Positions 48,301 through 62,671 of a DNA stretch of 64,000 nt are shown here, piece after piece. Below the pieces are notes generated by a model. The model did not search any database. It saw only the letters and a list, made by a program, of their open reading frames with translations, and was not told the origin of the DNA. A program made the translations under genes and the position numbers. Where the stretch lies: the NCBI RefSeq assembly GCF_009914755.1, contig NC_060939.1, one strand, 5' to 3'. The DNA is from the human T2T-CHM13v2.0 reference genome, Homo sapiens. Each line of letters starts with the position of its first letter. The stretch's first letter is position 1.

Positions 48301-50869
48301 GAACTATATCTCTGTAATATCCAACTGTGCAATCACAAGTATAGAGACTTAGGTGAAAAGCATTTTTGCAAAGTCATATTGTTACATTATGAATGAGTTA
48401 ATACAAGAGCTTCTGAATTATTTTCTGGGACAGCTTTATAAAGAAAAGTTTGCTTTGGATGATATCTCCTTCTTAGCAAGAAGGACAAGTATTACCAGCA
48501 GCTCTCAAGTGGTACAATCAGAAAATAATGCCCTCCAGTTAGTTAGGAGAAACATAAGTAATGTGTGACAATTAATTGATATTAACTGACGATACATATC
48601 TCTATGATGTCATCACTCTCACTGATCTACACCCTAATCTGCTCTGTCGACTATTTTTAAGAGATGAGAGTTTCAGTTGAAACACTGTGAGAAGCTGTGG
48701 TTTATGTACCTCTCTACTATGCCTTTATGCCTTGACTCACAGTGGGCCAACTTTTACTAATGTACCATTAAGAGTTGTAGCACTTTAGAAATACATTATA
48801 GGACGTTTCTAAAAAATTCTTGCTTTTTTTTTTCCCAAAATATGGGTATATTTGTGATGGTCTCTGGCTTGAGATCCACTGGTCTAAATATCCTCTAAAT
48901 ATTGAATAAAGTATTTACTAAATCCTTTCCTTTTTCTGAATGTTAAAGGCACTTTCTCCCTTTGACCTTCAATACAAACAATGGAGAGAATAGAAATGGA
49001 AAAAGCAAAATCATAATTGTAAAGCTGCTCATTAGGATGGCATGAAGGTTGGAATGGTGTATTCATTGGGATATGGGCCCATGTGGACAAAATCCCAACT
49101 GGCACCAAAACAACAAAATTAAACACAGCTTGGAAAAACATGCTGTATTAGCAACTAGCCTTTCATCCCAGGCAGTGAAAATCAGGACTATCCAACCATG
49201 GACCAAGACAGGCTCTCACAAACCCTTAGCAGGGTAGACTATGAGTCAGATGTGGTATGCCTGGTAAGCCTTATAGCACATCATCAGGGATAAAGGCATT
49301 CCTCCCACATCAGCAACTTGAACACAAAGTGATTCACTAAGTAGAGAAAGCAATATGCATTAGCCCACTGCTAACAGTTATAACCTAGCCACAATCCCAA
49401 AGCCACAGTCCCAAAGCTACCAACCAGGTAGACAGGATAAAACAGCTTTTTTTCTTTAATCTCTTAAGGCTGTGAACCATTTGGCTATTGCTGGGTCAGG
49501 AAGACTGAGACAGTTAAAAAAAACCTTCTAGATATGCATTCAAGCTTGGGTTTGACCACCCAATTTATTACTTTAACTTGTAGTGACAAAGTATACATAC
49601 AGCTGAAGATTTGTGAACAGTTCCGAAGTTTGTTACTAAAATTTGAACCTCTCTAGCCTCTCATCTCACTTTTTCCCTTGCAGCAATTATTTTTTAAAGT
49701 AAAAATATTTTTATTAACATGAAGTTTTTTACAAATTTAACCATAATCATCATGTTAGAGTCAATTCAGCTATATATCCTTCCACTCTGCTAGAAATACT
49801 CATTCTTAGATACTTGATCTTTCAAGAACAACTTTTCCCCTGAAATTCCCTATCCCAGCATACAATCTATCAAAGAGGTGATCCCAAATAGCTGTTTTCT
49901 ATATTATCTAGAATTAATTGCCTCCTTAACTAGTATCCCCTCTAAAATTTTAACCACACAATACACTGGCAGACCTATCTCTCTAATATATTTCTCAATG
50001 AAAAATCACCTGTCAAAATATTTTTTCTTCTTTACAGTAGTGATTATTTAAACTGACCTTCTCAAGAATCCCAGTGGCTAAACCCCAGCCAACTATCCAA
50101 GCCCAGTCATGAATACCTCATGCTGCAGGTTCAAAGTAACAGAAAATCCTCATTCCCATCCTTGCCACAATTGTTGTGAGGGGCCCTGCCAAAATCCGGA
50201 AACCCTCACCAGGGTCATAAACTCAAATGCCCTCAGGGCCCTGGCAGAGAATTTACCAGAGTGAAGCAGGCAGGTCTGAGTGCATAAGCCCATGTCTGTG
50301 TGAGAAGTGGGGACTGTGGCCAGCTGGGGAAGGAGAGCCACTGCTCAGTTCCAGCCCGCCTGCTGCCATGTGCAAATACAGGCCAGGTGTGGCCAGGGCT
50401 TTGGATGTTTTTTAGATAAGCCAGAGACTCTGCAGTGCTGCATAAAATTTTCCCATCTTCAAATACAGATTCAATTTTTTAAAAGCACTCTGCAACCAAC
50501 AATACCTGTCTGAACCAAATCCAGCAAGTTGCCAGTTTTCTATCACTGCCTTAATTCTACCACCAGCCACATGAGCAATGGTCAACTGACCCTATTCCTT
50601 GCTTCCTGTTAATACTCATGGTCCACAATAACTATTAAAAAAGACTTCTTTACATGTTAGAAAATGGGTCATATAAAAAATAGCGTCAGGACAAAAGAAG
50701 CCTTTTATCACAGACAATCAAGAAATTTGACTTACACTAAAAACAACCAAAACAACTAAATTGACTTCCACCAATAACACTATTACTGCTGCTATTACTA
50801 TTGCCACCATTTACTGAACATTTGCTATGTGCCAAGAATTCTGCTAAACACTTTACATATAAATAATAT

Positions 50870-51470
50870 GGTCTCTCCCTTTTATTCCTTTCCTTCTATA
50901 ATCTATTCACCATGCAGCCTTCTGAAAGATCTTCAAAAATATGATATCAATTTTCCCTGCTTAAAATCCTCCACTGGCTTCCCATTGTTCTTAGAATAAA
51001 ATACAAACACCTTATCATGGCTTTCCATGATCTGACACCCACATCCACCACCCAACACTGGCTCATATATACCCAATACCATGGCCTTCTGGCCGCTCCA
51101 CATGATCTGTGGCATACACGGGGTCTCTTCCCAACTTCCCAGCTTACACTCATTGGTGTTTTGGCGTAGACTGCTCTTCCTCAGGCTTCTGCATGGCTGG
51201 TTCCTTCTCATGAGTCAAGTCTCAGCTCATATATTGCCTCCTCCCACAGACCCTCCCTCACCACCCCATCTACAGCAATCCCCTATCAATTGCTTTCATA
51301 GCACTCCAATTTGTTTCCCTGTCATTTATCAATGATAAATTATCACTCACTCAAATTACTTTACTCACTTGTTTACTTGTTTATTGTCTGCCTCCACTAG
51401 GATGTAAACTACCCAAAGCAAAGAGCCTTGTCAGACTTGTTCATGGCAATGTTTCAAGCACCTAGAAACT
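50870..51470 (+). mobile_element. L2 LINE 3' fragment
   Basis: 'ttccctgcttaaaatcctccactggcttcccattg', 'tttattgtctgcctccactaggatgtaaact...cttgttcatggc...agcacctagaa'. Confidence 0.75.
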
Positions 51471-51749
51471 AACCTTCCACTTCCAAAGCCAACCATTACC
51501 TCCTAAATGAAAAGAAAAATTTAACCATTTATCTGATGGTATTATTCACAGTTGTGTTTTATTCCTGTCTCAAAAACAGAAGCATTCCACTTATTCACCT
51601 TTTCAGTCTAAATAGCAAGCAGATTTTAGGGTTGTTTTTTTTTTAAAAAATCCAAATCCCTTCAAAATGACACAAGATGATACAATTTTGATCAAGAAAT
51701 AAAACTTGTTAAAGATTGGGTTTAGTGTCTCTTTTTTTTTTTTTTTTTA

Positions 51750-51911
<162 letters not shown>

Positions 51912-53563
51912 CTACATAAGAGATGCCATACATACACAAAGTGAAAAGACAGAAACAGACTGGGAGAAAATATGTATAACTCAGTTATGGCCAATAAAAA
52001 TAATGGTGATTCACAGAAAATAGCTATATGACAGCAATTCATGGAAAAGAAAACATGCAAATAGGTAATAAAGCTATGAATAGACCTTTCTAGTGGTCTG
52101 AAGAGTATAAAACAGTAAGATTTTTGCCGACATGAAAAATAAGATGACAATAATAATAAACTAGAAATGTGCCAAATGTAAAAATCTTAAGCTCAAACAA
52201 AACTTCAAATGTGATATATTAAACATGGCACAGGCAGTACCCTATTGCTTCATTTTTTTTTAATATCAGAAATCCAAATATCATGCTTTACAAGAAGAAG
52301 GCCCCTAAATCATGAGTGAATGACTACTACCCAGAAACCATTTACAATTCAGTCAATGCCATAGAGTGCACAACAAAATATAAGTCTTAAATGTCCTCCT
52401 CTTAAGCTTGATAAAATCAGGTTCTGGCAATATACTCGGGAAAAACAGAAGTGAAGGCTGTGAAGCTCCACCACTGTGGACTTCCAATTCCAAAAGCAAC
52501 AGCAAGAGTTCCCTGGGGAGCAGTGACTGCTGCGGCAGAAGCAGCAGCAGGAAATGGGTTTTCAACTACTTACATTCAAAAAAGCTGCTGCTGATTTAAC
52601 TTGTACTTAGGGATCCTGACACTATACATAAACTCCTCAGAACTTCAAAGCTCTGAACAATCACAACAAAAAAGTAGGCAGGTGTCATCAATTACCTGGC
52701 CTAACACTGCCCTCCATTCAGTCCACTGTTGTTCATGCCAATGAAACGCACTTGGATGTGAGCCTGAGCCACAACTCATTCACTACACCTTTCAAGCTCT
52801 AAAATGTCATTAAATTGGAAGTAAAATCAGAAGCATGGAGACCCAGCAATCCAAATGCATTTTACCATAGAGAACTTAGCTCCCTCGTCTTAACAGATAC
52901 GAACTATATCACAAACTTTTGTGGAAGCCAATAGCTCTAGAGCAGACAATATCCCATTTCATCAGATCTAAGATGTCTTTGATTCTATGATGCAGTTCCA
53001 TTTGTAGCAGTAGGAACGAGATGTAGCCAATCAAATTATGACATAACATTAATTTTAGGACGCAGTCTATGTTGTAGATATTAAAGTGTGAAAAGAAAAT
53101 ATGCAAGCTAGAATAGATGAATATGGTATTAAAGATTAACATACATATGAACTTCAGTGGTAAAAATCCCCCTATGACAAGTTTTTGTTTTTCAAAGACT
53201 GAGTTATGTTTCTTGGCCAACCTCTAATTTGCAGTCTACCTTCTAATCCCTTCCTCTCTGGTCCCTACACCCAACCCGTCCCTTTAAACTCATATCAACT
53301 CAGACTATACCTCAACTTAAAACCCTCCAGCCTCTGCTTCTCAGACCACACCTATTCCTTTCTACCCTTGTGACAGGGCTAAACGGGGGAAGAGACATGC
53401 ATATCGAGGAAAATAAATCTATCTATAAGAATCCTTTTGTATGTCAACATAAGATGAAGATATGAATATGATAAAAAGCCTGTAACATGAAATGGTGAGG
53501 GAAAAACACACAATCTCATGTCTCTAGATTTTTTTCCACTATGCAAATAGACTTAATATTCTA

Positions 53564-53770
<207 letters not shown>

Positions 53771-55744
53771 AAAAGAGATGAAATTAAGCTGGACCTTAAA
53801 GAAATTCCTGAATCCTCCAGGCAGAAAAAATCCTTTCTGTTTCTGAATTCTGTGTCTTCTACCTTTCTTTCATTCAAATATAAATACAAGACGAAATATG
53901 GAATTTGGGTTACTTTCTCCTTCATTAAGTTAGAGAAGAGAGGTTTGTTCCCATCCTTTATTAACCTGCCATCAACTGATGTTGATTATTGAAAAAGAAC
54001 ATTAAGATTTATAAGAGCCTATTGCTAAAAATGTAGCTACTAATATTTTAAATAGACAGCTACTTTTTCTCAGATAGAGAATACTTAGGGTTTTGTTTTT
54101 AAAGTAAAGAGAATGTAAAATATCAAAGTATATATCTTTAATGTTATTTTAAATTCAAAACATGTCATTAAAGAAGACATCTAAAAATACCTGAAAAGAC
54201 CAAAATCTCCCCCACTGAAGAAGGTATAAGTTTTCCTTATCAGAACTATAAACTATAAAAGACTTTAAGAAATGATTTCAGACATAAAGGGAAACCTGAT
54301 CAACTTAATGTGGTTAAAAATATATATAGTAAAAAGGTAATACATATTTTAAATGAGACTTAAAATAAAAGCTAATACCTTAACTTATTAATCACCACTC
54401 ATTATCACTGCTACCAGAGACTTTAGTATAATATTCAGAACAACAAAAGAGACTTCTTTAAAAAAAAAAAATAGCAAGATAGTAAATCCAAAAGCCATAA
54501 AGAAAAATGTGATGGAAACCTAACCACAAAAAATAAAATTTTGTTTAAGGCAAAAGACATCATTAACGAGTCAAATATTATATATGAAAAAATACATCAA
54601 TAACAAAGTCAAGAAAAATAAGAATAAAAAAAATTTGCAAAGCACCTGACAAAGTCCCAATATAAAATTATTACAAAGAAATGAGAAAAAGACAATCCAA
54701 TATAAAATTGGGCGACTGACATGACAATTTATTTTAAAAAGTGTAAATCAATTAGTTTGAAAAGATGCTTAAGCTCGTGATGTTTCAAAGAAGTGTCATT
54801 TAAACAATATGCCATTTTCAACCACTAGATTGAAAAAACAAACAAACAAAAAAAAAACTTGTTATCACCCAGTGGTGACTATTTTGTATTTTGTATGGCT
54901 CATGAGTTGCTGGTGAAAATATCAACTGCTAAACCATCTTGAAAACTATCAATATTAATATATTGAAAATTAACATTTACACTAGTAAAATTATTTTGAA
55001 TTAATTTGTCAATACTATGCCACTAGTAAAAATACTGAAAATTTTCTATATCTATTGACTCAAGGCTGACCACTTGAGAAATCAAGATGCAGATTAAGTA
55101 TACAGTATGTTTTGGTTTTCTTCTTCAATAGCAGTCTGGTAGACTTTCTTCCTAGATAACTTTTTCTGAACCCTTAACAAGACTATAAAAAGTATGTCTT
55201 GTTGTTACACTCAGATGGATGCTCTGACCCAGCATTCCTTTTGTTGTCCCCGGTTGTTTTCTCTGCCCTCCTTGCAACAAAAGCAATGGGTATTTGGACA
55301 AAAGATTACAAAGCAAAAGTAGCATTGTTTTTGCTTCATCTAATAAACTATAAGCACCCTGAAGGCAGAATTAAAATGTATCTGCCTGCTTGCACATGGT
55401 GGGTACATAACAAATATTTGTTGACTGAATATGATATAGGCATGTTACCTTATACGAATTCATTACTTCAATAAAATTTTATTGAATACCCACTGTGTTC
55501 CAGATCATATCCTAGATGCACCTAAGACATGGTACCAGCCATGAGGAGCTCACTGTCTCTGCTCACCCTCTCTTAGATAGAGCCACTGATATAAACAGTT
55601 ACAATAACATATTGTAATAAATTCCGTAGTAGATGAAAGTACAAAGCACAAATTACTTTTCCTAAGAAGAAAGGATAGTTTAGAGAAGTTTTACAGAAAA
55701 AAAAGAGCTTTTAGATTAGAAATAAATCTTAAAGGACACAATAT

Positions 55745-55985
55745 GGCTATAAGTGGTTCTAAGAATGAGGGCACTCATTCAGACAACCTGGGCTCAATTC
55801 TGGCTCTTCTATTTATCAGCAGTGCAATCTTGAACAAACTGTTTCTGCTTCTACGTTAAAGAAATGGGGGTAAAAATAATACCTACTTCAAAGATTGATT
55901 CTGAGGATTCACAAGATACTACATGTAAAGTAATTAGCACTATGTACCAATCAATACATTGTAGTTTTATTACTATTATGACATT
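55745..55985 (+). mobile_element. MIR SINE
   Basis: 'cagacaacctgggctcaattctggctcttctatttatcagcagtgcaatcttgaacaa...aaatggggg'. Confidence 0.65.
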
Positions 55986-56649
55986 ATTACTGATGAATAG
56001 GAGTCTGCCAGCTACCGAAGAGGTTTAGGGAATAAAGAGGATTCCGCATATCTGAGAAAAGGTGAATGTGCAGCCTATGAGAAATGTCACTTCTAATAAT
56101 GCAACCTCCTATGGAACAAAAATGCCACCCTCCTTCAAGATGCCCTCCCAAGCCTGTTCCCCCATGGAGCTGGCCACTCCTTTGCACTTTCAGACTGTAT
56201 TTCTTATGCTTTTCTTATGGCTTCAACTTCAGCTTCTCTTTAGTTGAGTGCATTCACCTGTCTAGGGAGTGCATGTTCATTGTCACGCACTATGAAGGTA
56301 TAAGGTGATAATAGGCTTAAATCAGACTCAAGTTCATGACTACGATATAGGAAGGGTTATAAACCCCCACAAAAGGGGTTTCTAAGAACTGCACTTGGAG
56401 TTGGGAAATTCTACTTACTTGCTGACATAACTCGCCTTCTAGAATGGAAATAGCCAGAGCACATAGCCCGGTTTAGACTTGCAACACCTGGTGGAGACAC
56501 CTTATTCATTCATTCGACAATTTACCAAGCACTGTTCAAGATTACAAAGTTTAACAGGACACGATGAAGGGAAAGAAAATAGACATATAAACAAATGATC
56601 ACAACATCTTGTGATCAGTGCTAATAACAGCACTTTGGACAAATTGATT

Positions 56650-57720
56650 CAAGTTGCCCAGAGGGCGGAGCGAGTAATGCTAATACACAATAAGCATCCA
56701 CAGGCTGAGCGAATGACCTTGAGGAACTGTTTGGCGTCAGCTACGGCACTACAAACATGACCAAAGCCGCACGGGGCCCAGGATGCCCGGGGCTACTGGC
56801 TTCGGGTGCCAGCGTCACTTGTACTCGGTCAACACACGTGCACAGAGCACCTACTGTGAGCCAGGCGTGACGCCAGGGTGACCAAGGCGGGGTCCGCAGA
56901 GTAGGGTCTCAGGGCGACCCCAGCAGCCTGGAAACGAGGCGGGCTTCCCATATGTCACTTCTAAGTAGGATATTGGAGGAATGAAGAGGTCTAAATGACA
57001 CGTTAAGGTAAAAGCTGAGCCCGCAACATGCGGGCAGTCCACCACCGCGGGATTTGGGGAGGGGGCAGGTCAGCCCCCCCAGGAACCCTCAGCCAGCATC
57101 CCGAGGACCCCGCAACTCCTCTAACCCCAGGTCCAAGCTCACCCGTGAATCAGAACTTACCGGAGGCCACGGAGGCTGTTACCGCGAGGAAACTCTAGTC
57201 CTGGCGGAAGACCAACTTCTAGCAGATCCCCTTACCCTGGCTCTAGTCCACTAGCTCCTTCCTAGTCACAACCGAACTCACGGGGCGGAGGCCCTTAAGG
57301 AGCACTCGCATCCTTCAATCGCCGACTAGAAGCTCGCCCGGTGGGCGGAGCCGTGCCAGCTCAGGGCAGAGCGAGGAGGCAGAAGTCTCCGCCTTCCTCA
57401 AGCTTGGTTGAGAAGTCCACCTGCAGTTGCAAAGTACGGCTGTTTGAAAGCGGGCGCCAGAGGTGGCGGGAAGCTCCCCCTGTGCGCCCATTGGTGGATT
57501 CGAGAGCCAATTACGAGGAAGTCACCCCGGAGTGGGCGGGCTGATCGGTTGCCTAGAGACGCCGAGGCGCTTCACCCGCTACCTTCGGCCAGGGTGCAGC
57601 AGTCTTACGGGGACCCCTTGCCCGTTTGGTACCGGAGACTGCAAAGGTGACTCGTGCCTCCTGCGCTTCAGCACACAGAATCCCGCAGATTCCCCACCGA
57701 ACTCTTGCCTTAGAGGTTTT
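56650..57720. promoter_or_regulatory. CpG-island promoter of CEP152
   Basis: Sharp rise in GC and CpG density. GC boxes (~57282, 57342, 57533), CCAAT boxes (57490-57494, 57507-57511), TTTGAA (57443-57448), GGCGGGAA (57465-57472), X-box-like GTTGCCTAGAGAC (57548-57560). Confidence 0.9.
57161..57280 (-). other. CEP152: CEP152 non-coding exon 1 (5' UTR); 5' end approximate
   Basis: Lies in the CpG island and ends at donor CCG|GTAAGT (57161/57160). No ATG in it. Alternative donors at 57236 and 57143. Confidence 0.75.
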
Positions 57721-58899
57721 TTACATTTGCCCTTGTTTTCTAAGGCGCCTGCTTCCCCATTATTTAACAGCCTTAGATATTTTGCTTTGTCTTCTACCTT
57801 ACTAGGTGCCGCTTTGTTTACATTTTTGCTTCTTTAATTACTGATAAGATGGCACATTTTTCCACGTGTCTATTTACTACTCTAATTTCCTCGGGTGTGA
57901 GTGTTCTTGTCACTTAGGTGTATATTATTAACCTGCCCCTAAAGACAGCGCCACCCAGTCCTCAGTAAAGCCCAGTACTGTGTCTATCTTCTCTGGCTGA
58001 AAGGGTTCCAGTGAATAATCAAGGAATTGGTGGCGGCAGGTTCACATATCCTTTCAACCCTTTCCCATGTGTACTGGCACGGAGTAAAATGGTTGTTCGA
58101 GGCTCTTCATACTGTGGCTGGTTTTCCTTTGCTACTTCACCGTCCGCCCCCATGATGCCTACACTGACCCCTGTAACCCCATAAACTGGTATAGGGTTTG
58201 GCAAACAACAGGTAATTTAACCCACTGTAATAGAATGAACGAAATCACAGCCTGAGCTAACAATGGTTCCCAGAGCGCTTTTTTTCTTTCACCTGCTGTG
58301 AAAGCTGTTTCTTTCACCTGCATCGCCTCTACCTTCTCCTGCTACTTAGTTTTGAAGACAGACTAGCACCTCCTTTGAAGCCTTTCATGACACACACTCC
58401 CTCACTTCGCAAAAATGATCTTTCCTACCTCTGTACACAGTGTATCCTATATATCCTATTATAGTTCTTTTATCTACTGTAAGTTTTTGTGTGTCTTACA
58501 CTCAGTACAATGTGAATATCTTGAAGTACTCACTTTACTTCTTGGGTGTCTAACATGACCCTGGTAGGCACTCAAAACAATTATGTTAAATGAGTAAATG
58601 AATAAATGAACAAATAGATGAAGATTTTGGCAGGGGGGCAGGCAGAAAAAGCAAATAAAAGGCCTTCAAGTAAATGGCATTTGTTGAATCTGAGCCAAGG
58701 CATCTTAGTGAGAATTAAATGCACTTTTCACTTTTCACATCCCACTGAAGTCGATTGGCAAACTGTATGTTGCATTCTGTGCTGAGGGTTATGATGGAGT
58801 GCTGCAGCAAGAATGCCAGGTGATCCCCATGCACAAACAACTGCTTCTTAGAAGGATGAAAGCATAAAACGTGTCAGGGTAAGCACATGAGGAGGCAGT

Positions 58900-59135
58900 G
58901 TTTATAATCCATTACACAGTGCTTTACAGATTGGTAAATTCTTTCACAAGCATCATCTCATTTGGTTCTCACTACAACACTGTGGGGGCTTAGGACAGGT
59001 ATTCCTACCCATTTTCCAGTTGAAGAAACTTACATAAAAATAAATTAAATGACTTGTCCAAGGCTACACAGCTAATACAAGGCAGACAGAATCTGAAACC
59101 AGGTCCTTTATCTCCAAACCCAGAGCTCATCACTA
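58900..59135 (-). mobile_element. MIR SINE
   Basis: 'cccattttccagttgaagaaact...aaatgacttgtccaaggctacacagcta'. Confidence 0.7.
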
Positions 59136-59920
59136 CATACAAAATATTTTAGTGAGACTAGCATATACGTGACAAAGAGGGAAAATAAAGAATAAATCAA
59201 CCTCCCATCCTGCCATGCCTCTAAAAATGGTTTTTGGTGGAGTTATGGATATATTCAACTAAATTTCTTTGACCACCTATCCTGTTTAAGTCCTGGCCTA
59301 GGTGCAGGGTAGGACCCCTATGCTCAAGGTACCAACACTCTGAGTTACAAGATGCTTACGTAGAAAGATAAATAATAATAAAAATTGTTTACTAAGTGTA
59401 ATAAGAGTAGAATAGGCAATAATTCTAGGGAAAGTGAACACCTAAAGATGAATCTATCAAGGCAGGTTCAAGGAAGAAGAGGAGAGAGCTCAACAGGTCA
59501 GTTGATTAGCATGAGTGCAATTTAAAGGCCAGACCAGCAAAAGTGCAGGAATCTTACATTTAGATGTAAGTCTGGAGAAGAAGGCAGGAAGGAGGTGGTC
59601 CATAGAAGAGCTTTAAGCCTGGGAGAATAGGAAGGGCATTCTACAGAGGTCAGGTAATGGTGTGCACAAGGAATGAATCTAACATCCAAAGAAACACAAG
59701 CAGACAGAGGCATTCTGGGATAAGAAAGGCAAGTGTGGGAGAAGAAAGTAAAACTGCCAAAGATCTCAAATGCTGGACAAAAGATTATTTGTGAAACGTT
59801 GGCTCGATGTTTACCTTGCATGTTTTAAATGGGCACACCTATGAGCTGGGTGAGACATTTCAAGAGAAAATGTCACATTGTTGATGAGATGGGGTCCCTC
59901 CCACTAACAAGCATTTATAA

Positions 59921-61267
59921 AGGTAAAGCTAAACCATTATTTCTCCTTTTTCCTCCTTTTTGGTGTCAAAGCTATCAGGTCAAAGCAATGTCATCACAGG
60001 AGTGCTATCCAAAGTGCTATCATCAAGGAGTACTATCTTCAAAGGAACACAGAACTTAGAGTAAGAAGATCTGAGTTCAAGTCCCAGTTCTCCTACCTAC
60101 TAGCATTGTCCATAACAATTTAACACTCAAAAGCCTCAAAGTCCTTATCTGAAAATAGGGATGATAATACCCACTTCTCAGGATTGTGGCCAAAAAAAAA
60201 ATGAGATGAGATTGTGAGAAACAGCTTTTAAATGTAAAAACATTATTTTCCATTGTGTTTCTATGTACTATGGCTTATTGGATTAGAGTACACACTGGGG
60301 TCTGAGGTAGTAAGGAAAAACCAGGAAGGTGTTCTGGGAGTGGATGGCAGAGAAAGACAAGGGTGAATGTGTGCCGAGGGCAACAGGAGCTTATGGGATG
60401 GGACAAACAAAGAGTCTACACAAAGGATATGGCTTCATGAGAACAGGACAAAAATAGGAAGTGCTAGAGATGGAACAGGAGTACTTGGAAAGAACCAAGG
60501 AAGATCAGACCATTATTTACATCTTATTCAACAGTATTTTGGGAACACCTACTTTGTGCCAAACACTGTGCTGGGATCATTTAATATTGACATGTGGATC
60601 AAAATGCCCACTCTGCTCAAGTCCCTTCTCACAGAATCTGCTCCTGCTCACAGTCATTATGACCTCACCACCATCACCATCCTACCACCCACGGTCCTGG
60701 CCAGACTTGACTGAATCAAAGGGGAACACTAGACCCAAGCTGGGCCAATCGTATTCCCTTCCCAGATAACTAAGATTCCACAAAACTGAGCAAGGTGGTA
60801 GCCATACAGAGGAGAAGCAGACTTTTATTACACTTGCCTGTATTTTATGGGAAATATGCTTCCTCCATAACTGTGTCATATACATGGTAGACCCTAGACT
60901 GAAGATCATGAACTTTTGCCACTGAAAGCCATGTATCTGTCTGGTTCCTGTACTTTGAAAAGCCAGACAGTTTAGCTTTTCCTTGCATTCTGTGATAACT
61001 AAACCTTAAAAACTTTTTGACTTGAGCTGGCTTGGGTCATTGTAGAGGTTGAATCATGTTCCCTAAAATTTCATGTCCACCTAGAACTTCAGAATGTGAC
61101 TTTATTTGGAAATATGGTTTTTGCTGATACAATTGTTTAATATGAGCTCATTCGGGATTAAACTTAGGTAAAGCTAAACCATCATTTCTCCCTTTTCCTC
61201 TTTTTTGGTGTCAAAGCTATCAGGTTAAAGCAATGTCATCACAGAAGTGCTATGCAAAGTGCTATCA
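59921..61267 (+). repeat. Dispersed 102-bp direct repeat (59921-60022 and 61166-61267)
   Basis: Ungapped manual alignment shows 6 mismatches in 102 nt. Confidence 0.95.
60055..60240 (+). mobile_element. MIR SINE
   Basis: 'gatctgagttcaagtcccagttctcc...gcctcaaagtccttatctgaaaatagggatgataatac'. Confidence 0.7.
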
Positions 61268-61560
61268 GCCTTAAGTCTAATGACTGGTGTCTTCATAAGA
61301 AGAGAGGACACAAAGAGACACATAGGGAGAAGACAGCCATGTGAGGGTAAAGGTGGTGATTGGGGTTAGATTGCCATAGGCCAAGGAACGTCTGGGGCCA
61401 CCAGATGCTGGAAGAGACAAGAAAGGATTTTTCCCTAGAGCCTTTGGAGGGAGCATGGCCCTACCACATCTTGATTTCAGACTTCTATCTTCCAGAACTG
61501 TGAGAGAATAAACTTCTGTTGTTTGCGGTATTGGTTACAGTAGCCCTAAGAAGTTAATAA
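61042..61560 (+). mobile_element. MLT1B-like MaLR solo LTR carrying a 102-bp foreign insert
   Basis: 'tgtccacctagaacttcagaatgtgactttatttggaaat', 'ggggccaccagatgctggaagag', 'ccagaactgtgagagaataaa'. Confidence 0.85.
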
Positions 61561-62118
61561 AGGTAGGTTTACATTCTTGGCAACCAAACATTCATGACTA
61601 AGATACATTTTTAGTGATTATATTTGAAAAGTCTAGACCAGTGATACTCCAAATAGGGCCATGGTCCACTGGTATACCTCATTTGTATTAAATGATACAA
61701 ATGCCCAAGGCATTTCTTCAATTATCATAGGAAAATAATTTGTAGATTTTTATTTTTACATACAATTAGAAATCCACCAAGTAAGATATAGGAAGTTACT
61801 AATGTTAAGAATTTGTAAATTAAAATGAGTGCATTTTTCGGGTTTATCAAGAATGATCATCATTTGGATGTGCAATATTACAAAGCTCTTGCTCATGCAC
61901 AGTTGAAGGTAATTGGAATTCCCAGTTTTGGAAGGAGGATGTTAATAGCACCATTCCCCCAGGAAGTCATGGTCTTTACGAGCTGTTATTACTGTTTATT
62001 TATTAACTATGTTTGGCTTCATCAATATCAAGTAAGCTTATTGTGAGTTGTTTGATTAAACCAACTCTATGTAGTGTTAACTACTTTAAATATTTTCACT
62101 TTTTCTATAGCGACTTTA

Positions 62119-62440
<322 letters not shown>

Positions 62441-62671
62441 AATAGACATTTAGAGGTTCGAGTTCTTATTACTAAAACAATCAACTTGTAATTCCTCTGA
62501 AATTTGCTTATACTTTATGAAAATATGCTGGCTATGAATTTTTTCTGCTTAAATAACATATTTATCAAGGCAAGTGTGAAAAATTACTTGTTTTTTGAAA
62601 AATAGGGCAGTATTTAGGAATATAAAATCATATGAATGAGATCATACTCCTCTCTTAAAAGTAAGTAAATA

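Noticed and set aside
56596-56617. 9-bp perfect inverted repeat TGATCACAA-catc-TTGTGATCA, and similar 7-bp stems at ~56361 and ~57019
   Set aside because: Short stems of this size are expected by chance in 64 kb, and there is no supporting context.
57054-57837. Plus-strand ORFs in the CpG island
   Set aside because: GC-rich sequence yields stop-poor frames; most start at non-ATG codons and resemble no protein I know.
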